64,000 bases of DNA, taken from Utricularia gibba. Lineage: Eukaryota; Plantae; Magnoliophyta. The stretch is from the NCBI GenBank assembly GCA_002189035.1, contig CM007989.1, forward strand, positions 5,394,001-5,458,000. The letters are read 5' to 3'. Every line of letters starts with the position of its first letter. Position 1 is the stretch's first letter. A program made the position numbers and the translations under genes. The notes beneath the pieces are model-generated. The model was given only the letters and a program-made list of their open reading frames with translations. It was not told the DNA's origin and searched no databases. Shown here piece after piece: positions 14,446-25,830 of this stretch.

Positions 14446-15088
14446 AGAGACGATGGTAAGAGAGGAGGAGTCGAAGAGAAAGCGGTACTGAAAAAAGGAC
14501 CTGCAGAGGATGCCGATTTATAGTGTCGTGCTGGGAGTTGGGATCCGCATTTGTACTCGCACCACGCGTGTCGTGTAACGATTTTCGGTCAACTATGAAA
14601 TGTTGGAATCGGAAGTCAAAAGGAGGGAATTATTTATTTATTTTGAATTCCCTCCAAAGTCCAAAACCACGCACCCAACGTGGAGACCAAGTTGGACTTT
14701 ACATAAACCAAGTTGAACAAAGTCTGATTTCACATAACCAAGTTGGATCTTGGTCTCCTCCAAAACCCCATTTTTAATTCCCTCCAAAGTCCAAAGTAAC
14801 AAACTTCACATAAAAATAGGATCTAATGAGACCAAGTTTCAGATTTCAACAGACTAACAAACCCGCGAAACCAGGGCTGACTGACTTGTCCACTTCCAAC
14901 GGCTGTGTAGCCTTTATTATTCAGTCTTATTTCAATATTCTAAAATTATCTTCTTCCTTAGCAGAAGCTAGTTCAACACATGAAATGTCCGATTGACACG
15001 TGCAGTGGATAGTCTTGAAACTTGTCTCAAACACCCCAACTCGGTTAGCTTTGACTGGTCGAACACTCAGTGTTGACAGGGGCGGCAG
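14446..15088. promoter_or_regulatory. 643-bp divergent ABCG/PK intergenic region, candidate bidirectional promoter
   Basis: Genes are head to head. Direct repeat AATTCCCTCCAAAGTCCAAA near 14646 and 14776, and four ACCAAGTT copies. Confidence 0.45.
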
Positions 15089-16994
15089 GTGTCGGACACC
15101 CGGATCCCGAAGACGAAGATTGTCTGCACTTTGGGGCTGGCTTCGAGGACTGTGCCGATGTTGGAGAAGCTCCTTCGTGCTGGGATGAATGTTGCTCGAT
15201 TCAACTTCTCACATGGTACCCATGAGTACCACCAGGAGACGCTGAACAATCTGAGAATTGCGATGCACAATACTCAGATCCTCTGTGCTGTCATGCTTGA
15301 TACTAAGGTTGATTCTTAATTTCTTTTTCCTTGAACAACTTCACTCATGACTTCTCCTAGCTTGCTGTCTCTATTTCTGCAGAGATTTTGGTTACTTCGC
15401 CTGTTATCTTGATTATCGCTTTAGAAAAAAGATCCAGTTTGATGTTATAGCTCTAATCTTACTGGATTCAAGGAACTGGGGCAATGTGCATATTCCATGA
15501 TGATGATTTGGGCGATTATGCTCTTATGTTTTTACTTTACGAAATTTCATCACTGATGGAATAGTTGTAAGCTCAATTTGTATGAACTGTTACTTCAAAA
15601 ATCAGTCTTCGCAATCTTATTAGTTCCTGTGTATACTTGAACAGGGTCCGGAGATTCGGACTGGTTTCCTGAAGGATGGGAAGCCTATTCAGCTGAAAGA
15701 AGGGCAGGAAATTACTATAACCACTGATTATGGCATAAAGGGAGACACGGATATGATCTCCATGAGCTACAAGAAGTTACGTGTGGACTTGAAACCTGGG
15801 AACGTAATTCTTTGTTCTGATGGTACCATTACCCTGTATGTTTTGTCATGCGATCCTGCTTCTGGGACAGTAAGGTGCCGATGCCAGAGCACAGCCGTGT
15901 TAGGCGAGCGAAAGAATGTCAATTTACCAGGCGTTGTCGTTGATCTCCCCACACTTACAGAGAAAGACAAAGAAGATATCCTTGGATGGGGTGTTCCGAA
16001 TAACATTGACATGATTGCTCTCTCGTTCGTGCGCAAAGGATCTGATCTGGTGAACGTGCGGAAACTTCTTGGACCTCATGCAAAGCATATACAGCTCATG
16101 TCAAAGGTTTGCTTGCAGCCACCAAGAAAATACACAAACATCTTTCAAAGGCTTGATGTAGTGCATTGATATGTATTCCAGGTTGAGAACCAAGAGGGAG
16201 TCATTAACTTCGACGATATTCTTCGTGAAACGGACTCATTTATGGTTGCCCGTGGTGATCTGGGAATGGAAATTCCGGTTGAAAAGATCTTCCTTGCCCA
16301 GAAAATGATGATATACAAGTGCAATCTTGCAGGTAAGCCTGTGGTAACTGCCACACAGATGCTGGAATCCATGATCAAGTCGCCCCGTCCCACCCGTGCC
16401 GAGGCTACCGATGTGGCGAACGCCGTCCTGGATGGCACCGACTGCGTGATGCTCAATGGAGAGAGTGCAGCCGGAGCCTATCCAGAGCTGGCTGTCAAGA
16501 TTATGGCTCGCATCTGCATTGAGGCAGAATCTTCCCTCGACTACGGAGCCATCTTCAAATCCATGATCCAGTCAACCCCACTGCCCATGAGCCCTTTGGA
16601 ATCTCTCGCTTCCTCAGCCGTGCGGACTGCATACAAGGCCAGAGCGAAGCTCATTGTGGTAATGACACGTGGTGGGACGACGGCCAAGCTGGTGGCCAAG
16701 TATCGCCCTGCTGTCCCAATTCTCTCCGTAGTCGTCCCTGTTCTTACTACTGACTCATTTGATTGGTCAGTCAGTGATGAAGCCCCTGCAAAGCAGAGCC
16801 TTGTGTACAGGGGTCTGATCCCAGTTCTTGCGGAGGGCTCGGCTCGGGCAACGGACGCCGAATCAAGTGAAGCCATTCTTGAACGTGCACTGAAGCTGGC
16901 AACTTCCAAGGGACTGTGCGTGCCGGGTGATGCTGTGGTTGCTCTTCATCGCATTGGAGGCGCTTCAGTTATCAAGATATGCATCGTCAAGTGA
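15089..16994 (+). CDS. PK: Cytosolic pyruvate kinase (At5g08570/At5g63680-like); 5' end defective or non-AUG, possibly becoming a pseudogene
   Basis: Exons 15089-15307, 15645-16106, 16182-16994 in frame. Motifs KTKIVCTLG, ARFNFSHG, DTKGPEIR, MSKVEN, ARGDLG, ATQMLES. Starts at GTG with an in-frame TGA at 15074-15076. Confidence 0.9.
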
Positions 16995-18148
16995 GAACGA
17001 ACAATCTCTTCTCTTCTTCCAAAGATTTTGCATTTCCTGCGGATGCAATACACAACATCAAATTGATTTAGGATGACCTTTTTGCATTTGTTTTGTAAAA
17101 CATGGTTATCACTTCCATCTGGCTTTCTTTCATTTCGTCTACTGTTCTTGCGTCCTGAGTTCATTCTCACGGCCCATCATTAGTTGAGCTGTCCACTTCA
17201 CGGAAAGGACAACATGAACAACATGTTCTAATTTACTTCTCATTTTTTATTTTATTTTTTAAAATGATAATTAATAAAGATTTCATTCTCTTTCTTATTT
17301 TAAGAAGTAAAATGCATATATAACATCTTATATATGAAAAGAAAAATGTAAATTTAATGACAACATAAATGTCATTTTTGTTCAAATAATAAAATATATT
17401 TTTCAGATATTCATAAACGCCTTATGTGAATACCTAAAAATATACAGACTTTTTGAAAATACATTTTTAGATATCCATATGACGCGTTATAGATATTTAA
17501 AAAACATATTATTTTTTAAATATTTATTTCTTGTCACCCACAATGTTTAAAAAATATATAGCATTTTTAAACGTTGTGGGTATCTTAAAAATATATAATA
17601 TTTTAAAAATAAATTTCAAGACATACATATATAATTTTGGATTTCAAAAAAAAATTAAACAAATATTATATATCTTGTGATAGAGATTTGATGTTTTGAA
17701 TTGAGAAAATTATACTTATAAAGATAAATTTATCTATTATTTTATGGAGGAATTCAGAATAGAATGTAGGATGCTGATCTCATTTTAAAGGAGAGGGAAT
17801 GAATGAAAAAGTAGAAAGAAAACTTTAAAAGAGATAAAAATGAAATTTATTTCTTATTATGATGATAATAGCATTATTTATGATTGTAGAAATATAATTA
17901 ATTGAAAAAAAATCATGTAGAACATCACGCAATAAAAAAGTGCACCAGAGCCAAAAAGTCTCTTTCTTTGTAACTAGCAGATGGTTTGAGTGCATCGGCA
18001 CGCAACGCACGGTGGCGGTGACCCAGTACACAGCCACTTCTCTTGATTTGATGCAGCAACTGCGGCCGAAGATTGAGAATGAAATTGAGGTTTCAACGCA
18101 AGAATTAATAGGCTCAAGTCCTACACAAAATTGTCTTCAAGTGAAGCT

Positions 18149-19532
18149 TCAGAACTGTCGGTTCCAGTCGTACCAGTGAAGGTTCGGGGCTTGATCCACT
18201 GCAAAGAAACTGCTACATGAATCTTCACCCAAAACGTTGTGTTCTTCAATCTTCATGACATGTGGATAGTAATAAGCTTTGTGGGCTTCTCCAAGGATGG
18301 TTTCTCCTTCGGAAATTTCGAAATTTGGGGTGATCTGAGGAGCGGATCTAGGACCCGTATTTGGGAAATGGCCGCTGGAGGAAGAAATCGCCGCCATAGT
18401 GTTGGAAATTAAACTCAGAAGCATATGGAGTATTGGATAAGATTAGGTAGTTATAGATAAGAAGTTACGTTTGTAGATTACTTAACTGTCTTATGTATAA
18501 ATCTGTAGGAACATCTATGAATGACGTGAAGCATTATTCCAAAAAATATTTGTTTTAGTTCTTGCACACATTCTGTCGAGCACCTTGTGTGCACAGCATC
18601 TCTCAAAACCTTAATCGCGAGTCTACAAGTGTTGTTTTTCCATCCTGCACAACAAGATACGTGTATTGAAGATCCTAGAATTACAACACATAGGACTGCT
18701 GCTGTTGTCCTCGTTCACGACTGCACTCGAATCACTCTCGGAATTTCCTCCCAGCTTCTCCTTCACGATCTCAATCTTCACTTCCCCTTGCGATTCTTTG
18801 GGATTCAGTGCAATTCCTACATGAATATTCGCATTAGTACCGGTGATCAGTGTCCCTTTCTTCTGAGTATCCTCCTTTTCTCTGTTGTCCTTCATCTGAG
18901 ATTTCAGATCTTCAATCTACACACCCCACCCAAGAAAGCAACTTTTCATCATTAAAAGGAATTCAAAGGGAATCCAGTGAGAAGTATTACGTACCTCTTT
19001 CAAAAACGTTTCATTTTCATGGTAGAGTTTCTCCAAGCTGTGCTTCAGAGAATCATGTTCAGCTTTGAGGATATTGTAGTCTCTTTCCAATTGCTTAGTT
19101 TTCCAGCGGGCGCGGCGGTTTTGGAACCAAACGGCTACTTGTCTGGGCTGCAATCCAAGTTCCTGAGCTAATTTCAACTTCCTCTAAGGCTGCAGTTTGT
19201 CGTCAGCCTCAAAGTTCTTCTCCAACGCTTTGACTTGATCCACGTTCAATCTCCTCTTCTTCTCCATAACTAGGCATGATTCTTCTGCATCTTCACCCAG
19301 CATCGCTTGAAAATCCCTCACGTAGATGGGATTATTTGCTTGGGACTGCCCATCTACAGAGTAAAAGAAAGATGTGAATTGCTAAACTAACACAGCGCAC
19401 TACAAATGGAAGAACAGCTTTCTTGATCAATAAACATGAAACTGGCGTTGTAAGAAGAAGTGCAGAATGGAATAGCATTTGCAAATTCGCACCTAAGCCA
19501 CCGAAAGCATTAGAAATGGCAAGTCCCTTCAT
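18149..19532 (-). pseudogene. Class I HD-Zip transcription factor (ATHB6/ATHB16-like) pseudogene
   Basis: Exons 19532-19493, 19353-18995, 18916-18149. KKRRLNVDQVKALEKNFE...[40 protein letters not shown] has a TAG at 19184-19186. The last exon is split by a solo LTR. C-terminal tail MKIEEHN...FFAVDQAPNLHWY. Confidence 0.92.
18400..18688 (+). mobile_element. Solo LTR, Copia-like (289 bp), inside the HD-Zip last exon
   Basis: TGTTG...CAACA termini with a perfect CATAG TSD (18395-18399, 18689-18693). Removing it restores the exon frame. Strand is tentative. Confidence 0.9.
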
Positions 19533-20102
19533 GAGTTCCCGCACTCTTGTTTACATGTCTACTCAAAGGAAACGCGAAGTGTGTAATGAGTTCACCGAAA
19601 ACTTGAAAGATGAGGTTTTGTAGGAACCCATCCCTTATAGGAAAGAAGCACTGTTACCTATGCATTTGGATCAGTTCACAGATTTTACTCTTTTCGGGGC
19701 ACTCCATTCTTCTCCTTTTTGTAAATAACATAAAGAAAGGCGACAAAAAATCAAAATTCAGGAAAGTGGAGCGAGGGGAAAAAAAAGATCGAAATTTGAG
19801 ACACCCAATTCTAGTAGAGTCCTTGTTATAACTTTGAATATTCAACGATTGAAGGATAAATTTTGAAGAACAAAATGATTTAACGTTTCTAAAATTTCAG
19901 GAACAAGCTCCCCACTCCCTAAGCGTTTTATACCCACATTACACGTGCCTTGTACATGCTTCAGAAAAATCAAAGAAATACAATAACAAAAGTAATTTAT
20001 TTATCTTGAGCTTCATTCCCCTTCTTCTCCAAACAAGCAATTGACCTCAATACCTTTTGTCAGTGAACAGATTCATCTGTTTCGGTTTTTCAAACTTATC
20101 CA

Positions 20103-20287
20103 TGTAATACACCAGCTCGGGCCCGTGGTAGAGTGGAGAGGAGGAGGGTGCAAGATGGCGTATGACAGCGTATGACATGGATAAACAGGTAATGGAGATA
20201 AGTGTGGGCTAAGGCATGGGTTGAGTGGTCACCAGGTTAGGCCCATCGAACTTAAGAGGAGCCCGTTAGGTTTAAGTAAGGGTATAA
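20103..20287 (+). mobile_element. LTR-like fragment hosting the Harbinger insertion; continues after 27714
   Basis: Starts TGTAATACACC (Gypsy LTR-like start). Joining the flanks recreates GGTATAAATAATGG. No far-end TSD was found. Confidence 0.4.
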
Positions 20288-20657
20288 GTCCTCGTTTGTT
20301 AGGTGGATTTAGCCCTCTAAACCCTTAGGTAAAAAGTATTGTATGTGTTTCTTGAGGTGGTTTAGTAAAACATAAGGGTTTGTATTATCTTGAATTAAAC
20401 CTGCAGCTATTGGTTTCACAAAACTCGCGTGTGAGGTGGGTTTTGAGAAACCCATCTCACGCAAATACAACTTTGTCGATAATACCCTTCTACTCCATAA
20501 GCAAATTTGCAACAGTAAATCTGTGTATTTGTTCATCCTCTTCAACACAAATTTGTTGGGTTTTTGCAGGTACATGGTGAGTGAATTCGAATTCTGATAT
20601 TTCGACGAAAACCCATACTTCAATTTAAGCCAAGAGTTCTTATTTTTTGTTTCGCAT

Positions 20658-22040
20658 ATGATGGAGTCGGGTTATTTTTTTCCGAAAATTGCAGTAGGTT
20701 GTGCGTTGCTTATTGAGGCTGTTGCAATGGTTTCAAAGAAGATTATTTTGGCTGCCCTTGCTGCGGCACATTGCGTTGGTTAGCACCTATGTGTTATGCG
20801 AGTTATGATTGTTATAATGTTGCATTTCTGTTATACACCAACCGATAGGAGAATTCGGTTCTCATACCGAGAAAAGATACCGCGACAAATAGAGCATTTG
20901 ATTGCCTTGTTATCTGATTCAAGGTGTGCTTGTCTTGAAAACTTATGATTAAGTGCAGATGTCTTCAACAAGTTATGCTATATTCTTCGAAGTAATGGTA
21001 GACTAACCACTTCAAGGTATGTCGATGTTCCAGAGCAAGTTGTATTGTTTTTGGGTATTTTAGGTCATCACAGGAAAACAAGGTAACATAAATTTGAATT
21101 CATGCGAAGCAACTGGAGAGTGTCCAAATGTTTCAATGTGGTATTGTCGGTGGTGCTGTCATTGCACCAAAATTTACTTAAGACACCTATGCCAATTGAT
21201 GTTTCTGATCCCAATTCTAGCTTCAGATTTATTTGAGGTATGTAAGAAGATTTTTCATTGTAGTTGTGGATGTGCAACGTGTATTCTTCATGCTGTAACT
21301 TTCTGCTCTATTTTTCAGAATTGCTTGGGCGCATTGGATGGTTCATATTTTCAGGTGAAAGTCAAGAATCAAGATAAACCAAAGTGGAGGAATCGTGTCC
21401 ACTAATGTGCTAGGAGTGTATGATGATAAGCTCATGTTCATCTATTTGTTGTCCGGTTGGGAAGGATCCGCTGCTGATAGTAGGGTACTGCGAGATGCAG
21501 TTTGTCGATAAAGAGCATTCACTGTACGCAAAGGTAAGTGCTTACAATGTGTAGAAGTCCATAGTTATGAGTAACTTTCATGCATTCCATTTTTTTGTAG
21601 GGCATTATTACTTGTGTGATAATGGCTACACAAACGTAGAGGGATTTATAGCACCCTACAGGGGTGTTCGGGACCATCTAAAAGAGTGGGGTGCCGGGTC
21701 CAATGCTCCACAGAATGTGGCATGCTTCTGCGAGGAATGTTAATGAGAGGGCATGGGGTCTAACTAAAATGAGGTGGGGTATTTCAGGAAGTTATAGTTT
21801 TTATCCTATTAAAACACAAACTCGTATCATACTCGCATGTGCCCTGCTTCACAATTTTATTCGGCGAGAAATGCCAACTGATCCATGGGAAGAAGTCATT
21901 CCGAGAGTACTGCAATCCGAATTCACAGGACTATGAAGATGATGAACATATTTCCTCCATAGGAAACTCAGAGGAGTGGACATAGTGGCGGATTCAATGG
22001 CTAAGATAATGTTTGCGCAATGGAGAGAGACCATATGAAG
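20658..22040 (+). pseudogene. Harbinger DDE transposase (HARBI1-like) with several stops
   Basis: NCLGALDGSY, GWEGSAADSRVLRDA, YYLCDNGY, ARNVNERAWG, IILACALLHNFIRREM. End coordinate is approximate. Confidence 0.9.
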
Positions 22041-22491
22041 AAGGGTATAAGGTGTGCTAATGAATGCTGATATTTTATTGGTTTGGCTTAAAGACATTTT
22101 ATTTTATTTTCCAATAGTTGATAAGCATTGCGTTGTGTTGTATTCATATTGTGCAAACACATCAGTTATTCCAAACATGATTTGCTTCTTACATTGGGTT
22201 ATTTCCCACAGTGAATTGCCTTATTTATGTTGGACTGTTGTCACAACAATGTGATACAGTCACTGGAAACCAGAATTTGCAGTGCCTGGAAAGATATGAT
22301 AACATAAAGGATGCTTTAGGTGTACACACACTGTTCACTCATACGTATAGGTGCAACTATTGCATGCTCTACACTATCTCCATGTACATTGGAAGAATTG
22401 CATTCTAGGCACTGTGAATTCCTGTTCTTGGTGCCTGGATGAAATGTGTTCCTAGCACTGCAATACGCCGCTATCGGTGCCTGGAAGACCA

Positions 22492-23249
22492 GTGTACAAG
22501 GCACCGCAAAATTTTGGTCTCGGTGTCTACAAGACACCCTTCTAGGCACTGCAAAAGGCTGCTCTCAGTGTCTGGGATACATGCATCCCAGGCACTGCAG
22601 AATGCCACTCTCGATGTCTGGAAGACACGATTTTAATATTTTTATTAGCATTCGATCCTTAGGTATGATTCGGATCGAGCGTATATTTTTAACTTTAATA
22701 TTTTTATTAGCGTTCGATCCTTAGGTATAATTTGGATCGAGTGCATATTCATTTATTTTAAATTTTAATTAGCGTTTGACCCTTAGGAGCAATTTAGATC
22801 GTGTATACATAACAACCCACACGGGTGTGCTTTATGCATAAACCACGCCCGTGTGCATACGCAGTAGCATGACAAGGCCACACGGCCATAGTTTATGTAC
22901 AACCCACGCCCATGTGCCCTTGTCATGTATACACGATCCAAATTGCTCTTAAGGGTCGAGCAGTAATATAAATTTAAAATAAATAAAATATCCACTCGAT
23001 TCGAATCATACCTAAGGATCGAATGCTAATAAAAATATTAAAATTAAAAATATATACTCAATCTGAATCATACCTAAGGATCGAATGCTAATAAAAATAT
23101 TAAAATAACATGTCTTCCAGACACCGAGAGCGGCATTCTGCAGTGCCTGGGACGCATGTTTCTCAGACATTGAGAGCAGCCTTTTGCAGTGCCTAGAAGA
23201 GGTGTCTTGTAGACACCGAGACCAAAAATTTGCAATACCTGGTATACAC
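22492..23249. repeat. Foldback 1: arms of about 320 bp (22492-22810, 22925-23249), 114-nt loop
   Basis: GATCGTGTATACAT / ATGTATACACGATC at the loop base. The arms match in reverse complement through three 62-bp units and the motif-pair array. Confidence 0.92.
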
Positions 23250-23754
23250 CGAGACCAAAATTTAAGATTATAAATTATAGAATGTTTACTTTATGGGTTT
23301 AAATTAGTTTGAGATTACATAAGATTTTTTTAATCTTATATATATGAATTTATTTAAAATCATCTACTTTTTTACATTAATTAAGATCGATTTTAATTTT
23401 ATTAACTAAATAATACCTAATTAATTAATATATATCATATTTATTTAAATTCAAGTAAAAGGCTGCTCTTAGGGTTTGGGAGACATGCGTTCTAGGTATT
23501 GCAGAATGCCGCTCTCGATGTCTAGAAGACACGCTGTAGACACTGCAACCTTTGCTCGCGGTGCCTAAAGCAATCACGGGTCTTAATGAATATCAGGCCT
23601 CGTGTACCTAGGCCTCTTAACAAACCCTCTGGCCCAATCCTACCCTTCACCACGCACCTAATCGCCACACACTGCAAAGCACGGCACACCGTCCCCACCC
23701 TAACCGCATGGTCCCTCCCCCATTTGCTTCCATCTGATCTGTCTATCTCAAGAA

Positions 23755-24930
23755 ATGCTTACTTCCAAGAAACTCCAAGTTTGGTTTGCAATCCCAAAGA
23801 TGTACAATCTTTGGGACAAGGCAAGCAATGAGACAATTGACGGTGTGGTTCCACCCAGGGTGGGAGTGACCGGATTTTCGGTGTGGACTTCGTTTGCCAC
23901 AACCACCATTCATATGCGAGTTGCTGGCATGTTTGGAGGTCCCATTGTCCCACCTGACACCCTGCTCAATCACTCATGTGTTGGCCTTTTTGAGTGTGCA
24001 TAGAGGAACAAATTACTCTGGCCCTACCTGTTTTTTTTTTGCCGTAAGTGTGTGTATTCAAAATTGGAAAACTAATCATTTCTTGCTGAAGGGTAAGCCA
24101 AGTATTGCACTTGTGAATTCTATTCAGAGTGGATATGATGCATGGTGGATAAGCTTCATTTGGGTGTGTCCACCGGAAGACCTCTGAATTCCAACTACTC
24201 TCGGCTCCATCAAGAAAATTGGAAAGGCAAAGGGTAATGTGTGATGTAGTATGGTTGCATGGCTAGTGTACTGTGATTTATGATATTCAATTATCCATGT
24301 TGTAGGATTTGATAAACTATCGAAGCAGGGGGTGGATGCCTTGTTGACTATGTTTAGTGAAAAAAGTAAGGCGTTGAGTGACATAGTATCCCCTGTGGTG
24401 GACGCTGCCAGTACTCGCCAATTCTGGTGTGGTCAAGGAAGAGTGATACGCGAGCGACCAAAGCCTGACGACGTGATCATTGAGGAAGAGATGTCACTAG
24501 CATTTGCATCTGATCGACAGCGGGATGTAGGGAGCAATGTGGAGGAAGACAACCCGCAACCAACTGCTAGTGTGGATGCGGACCCAATTCTAGAAGAGAA
24601 TGCCCAACTACATGCAAGGCTAGATTGGTATGAAAGTAGGTGGGCATACACTGGCCCAAGTTCATCGCCCAAGCAACAAGTGCGCAAGCTCCTTGTGTTA
24701 GACGTCAACGGAGTGCTACCAGACATTGTCTTCAAAACCAAGTACCAAAGGTTGCATCAGAAACCAGACGCTGTGATATATGGGTGAAATAGTAAGACAC
24801 CGTAACATTGTCTCATGGCTGTGTCATGTTCAACCAATCCATTTTTTCTTGGTTTGGCAGTCTTCTCAGGCCCTTTGCTCGTGAGTTTCGTGAAGCATGC
24901 ATGAATTGGATAGCCTCTGTTAGATGCTAA
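23755..24930 (+). pseudogene. Chimeric spliced ORF: gypsy-type Transposase_28-like domain, acidic linker, FCP1-homology/HAD N-terminal fragment
   Basis: PPFICELLACLEVPLSHLTPCSITHVLAFL, then RKLLVLDVNGVLPDIV...KPDAVIYG|LLRPFAREF. GT-AG introns 24234-24305 and 24784-24860 keep the frame. Frameshift near 23895 and stop at 24185. Confidence 0.6.
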
Positions 24931-25128
24931 TCACCCACTGTGGGATTATTACAAAGTTCTTGCTTGAACATTCATAGCATGTAACAGTGGTTTGAATTCC
25001 ATAACATCATGATGTTACTCACTCTACTTTAATCATGGATTTGTCAATATACACTTCATAAATTAAAATAAGTAAATATATGTTCTCAAATATTCTTATA
25101 TGCATATTTATTTAAAATAATACCTTGA

Positions 25129-25458
25129 TTTAATATTTTTATTAGCATTCAATCGTTAGGTATGACTCAGATCGAACATATCATTTTAATTTTAATATTT
25201 TTATTAGCATTCGATCTTTAGGTATACTTTGGATCGAGTGCATATTCATTTATTTTAAATCTTAATTAGTGTTCAACCCTTAGGAGCAATTCAGATCGTG
25301 TGCCCTTTTTAGGTATACACGATCCAAATTGCTCCTAAGGGTTGAGCGTTAATATTTATTTAAAATAAATAAATATCCACTCGACTCGAATCACATCTAA
25401 AGATCGAATGATAATAAAAATATATGCTAGATCCGAATCATACCTAGGGATCGAACGC
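25129..25458. repeat. Foldback 2 made of the same 62-bp unit, loop of about 15 nt
   Basis: ATTAG(C/T) at 25141, 25203 and 25265 (period 62). GATCGTGT...ACACGATC at the centre, with a mirrored right arm. Confidence 0.88.
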
Positions 25459-25460
25459 AA

Positions 25461-25830
25461 CACACATGCACTCAGTCAGCGCATTGATGCCAGGCACCGC
25501 AAGCGCATATTTGCGGTGCCTGGAAAGATAGGATGCATGCCTTCGAAGGGCAATCCAGTGAAGTCAATACTTCACACCTAACAAGCGGGAGGTCGGGCTG
25601 AGTGCCACACATGCAGTTTATTGGCGCATCGATGCTAGGCACCGCAAGCACATATTTGCGGTATCGGGAAAGATAGGATGCATGCCTTCGAAGGGTAATC
25701 CAGTGCAGTCAATACTTCACACCTACCAAGCGGGAGGTCGGGCTGAGTGCCACACACATGCACTCAGTTGGCACATCGATGCCAGGCACCGCAAGCGCAT
25801 ATTTGCGGTGCTTGGAAAGATTGGATGCAT
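25461..25830 (+). repeat. 146-bp tandem repeat, about 2.5 copies, each with a 13-bp hairpin
   Basis: CACACATGCA at 25461, 25606 and 25753. CCAGGCACCGCAA-GCGCATAT-TTGCGGTGCCTGG is a perfect hairpin at 25490-25523. Confidence 0.93.

Noticed and set aside
19654-19706. Short upstream ORF MECPEKSKICELIQMHR in the HD-Zip leader as a conserved peptide uORF
   Set aside because: No resemblance to the ATHB1 CPuORF as recalled, and no evidence that it lies in the transcript.
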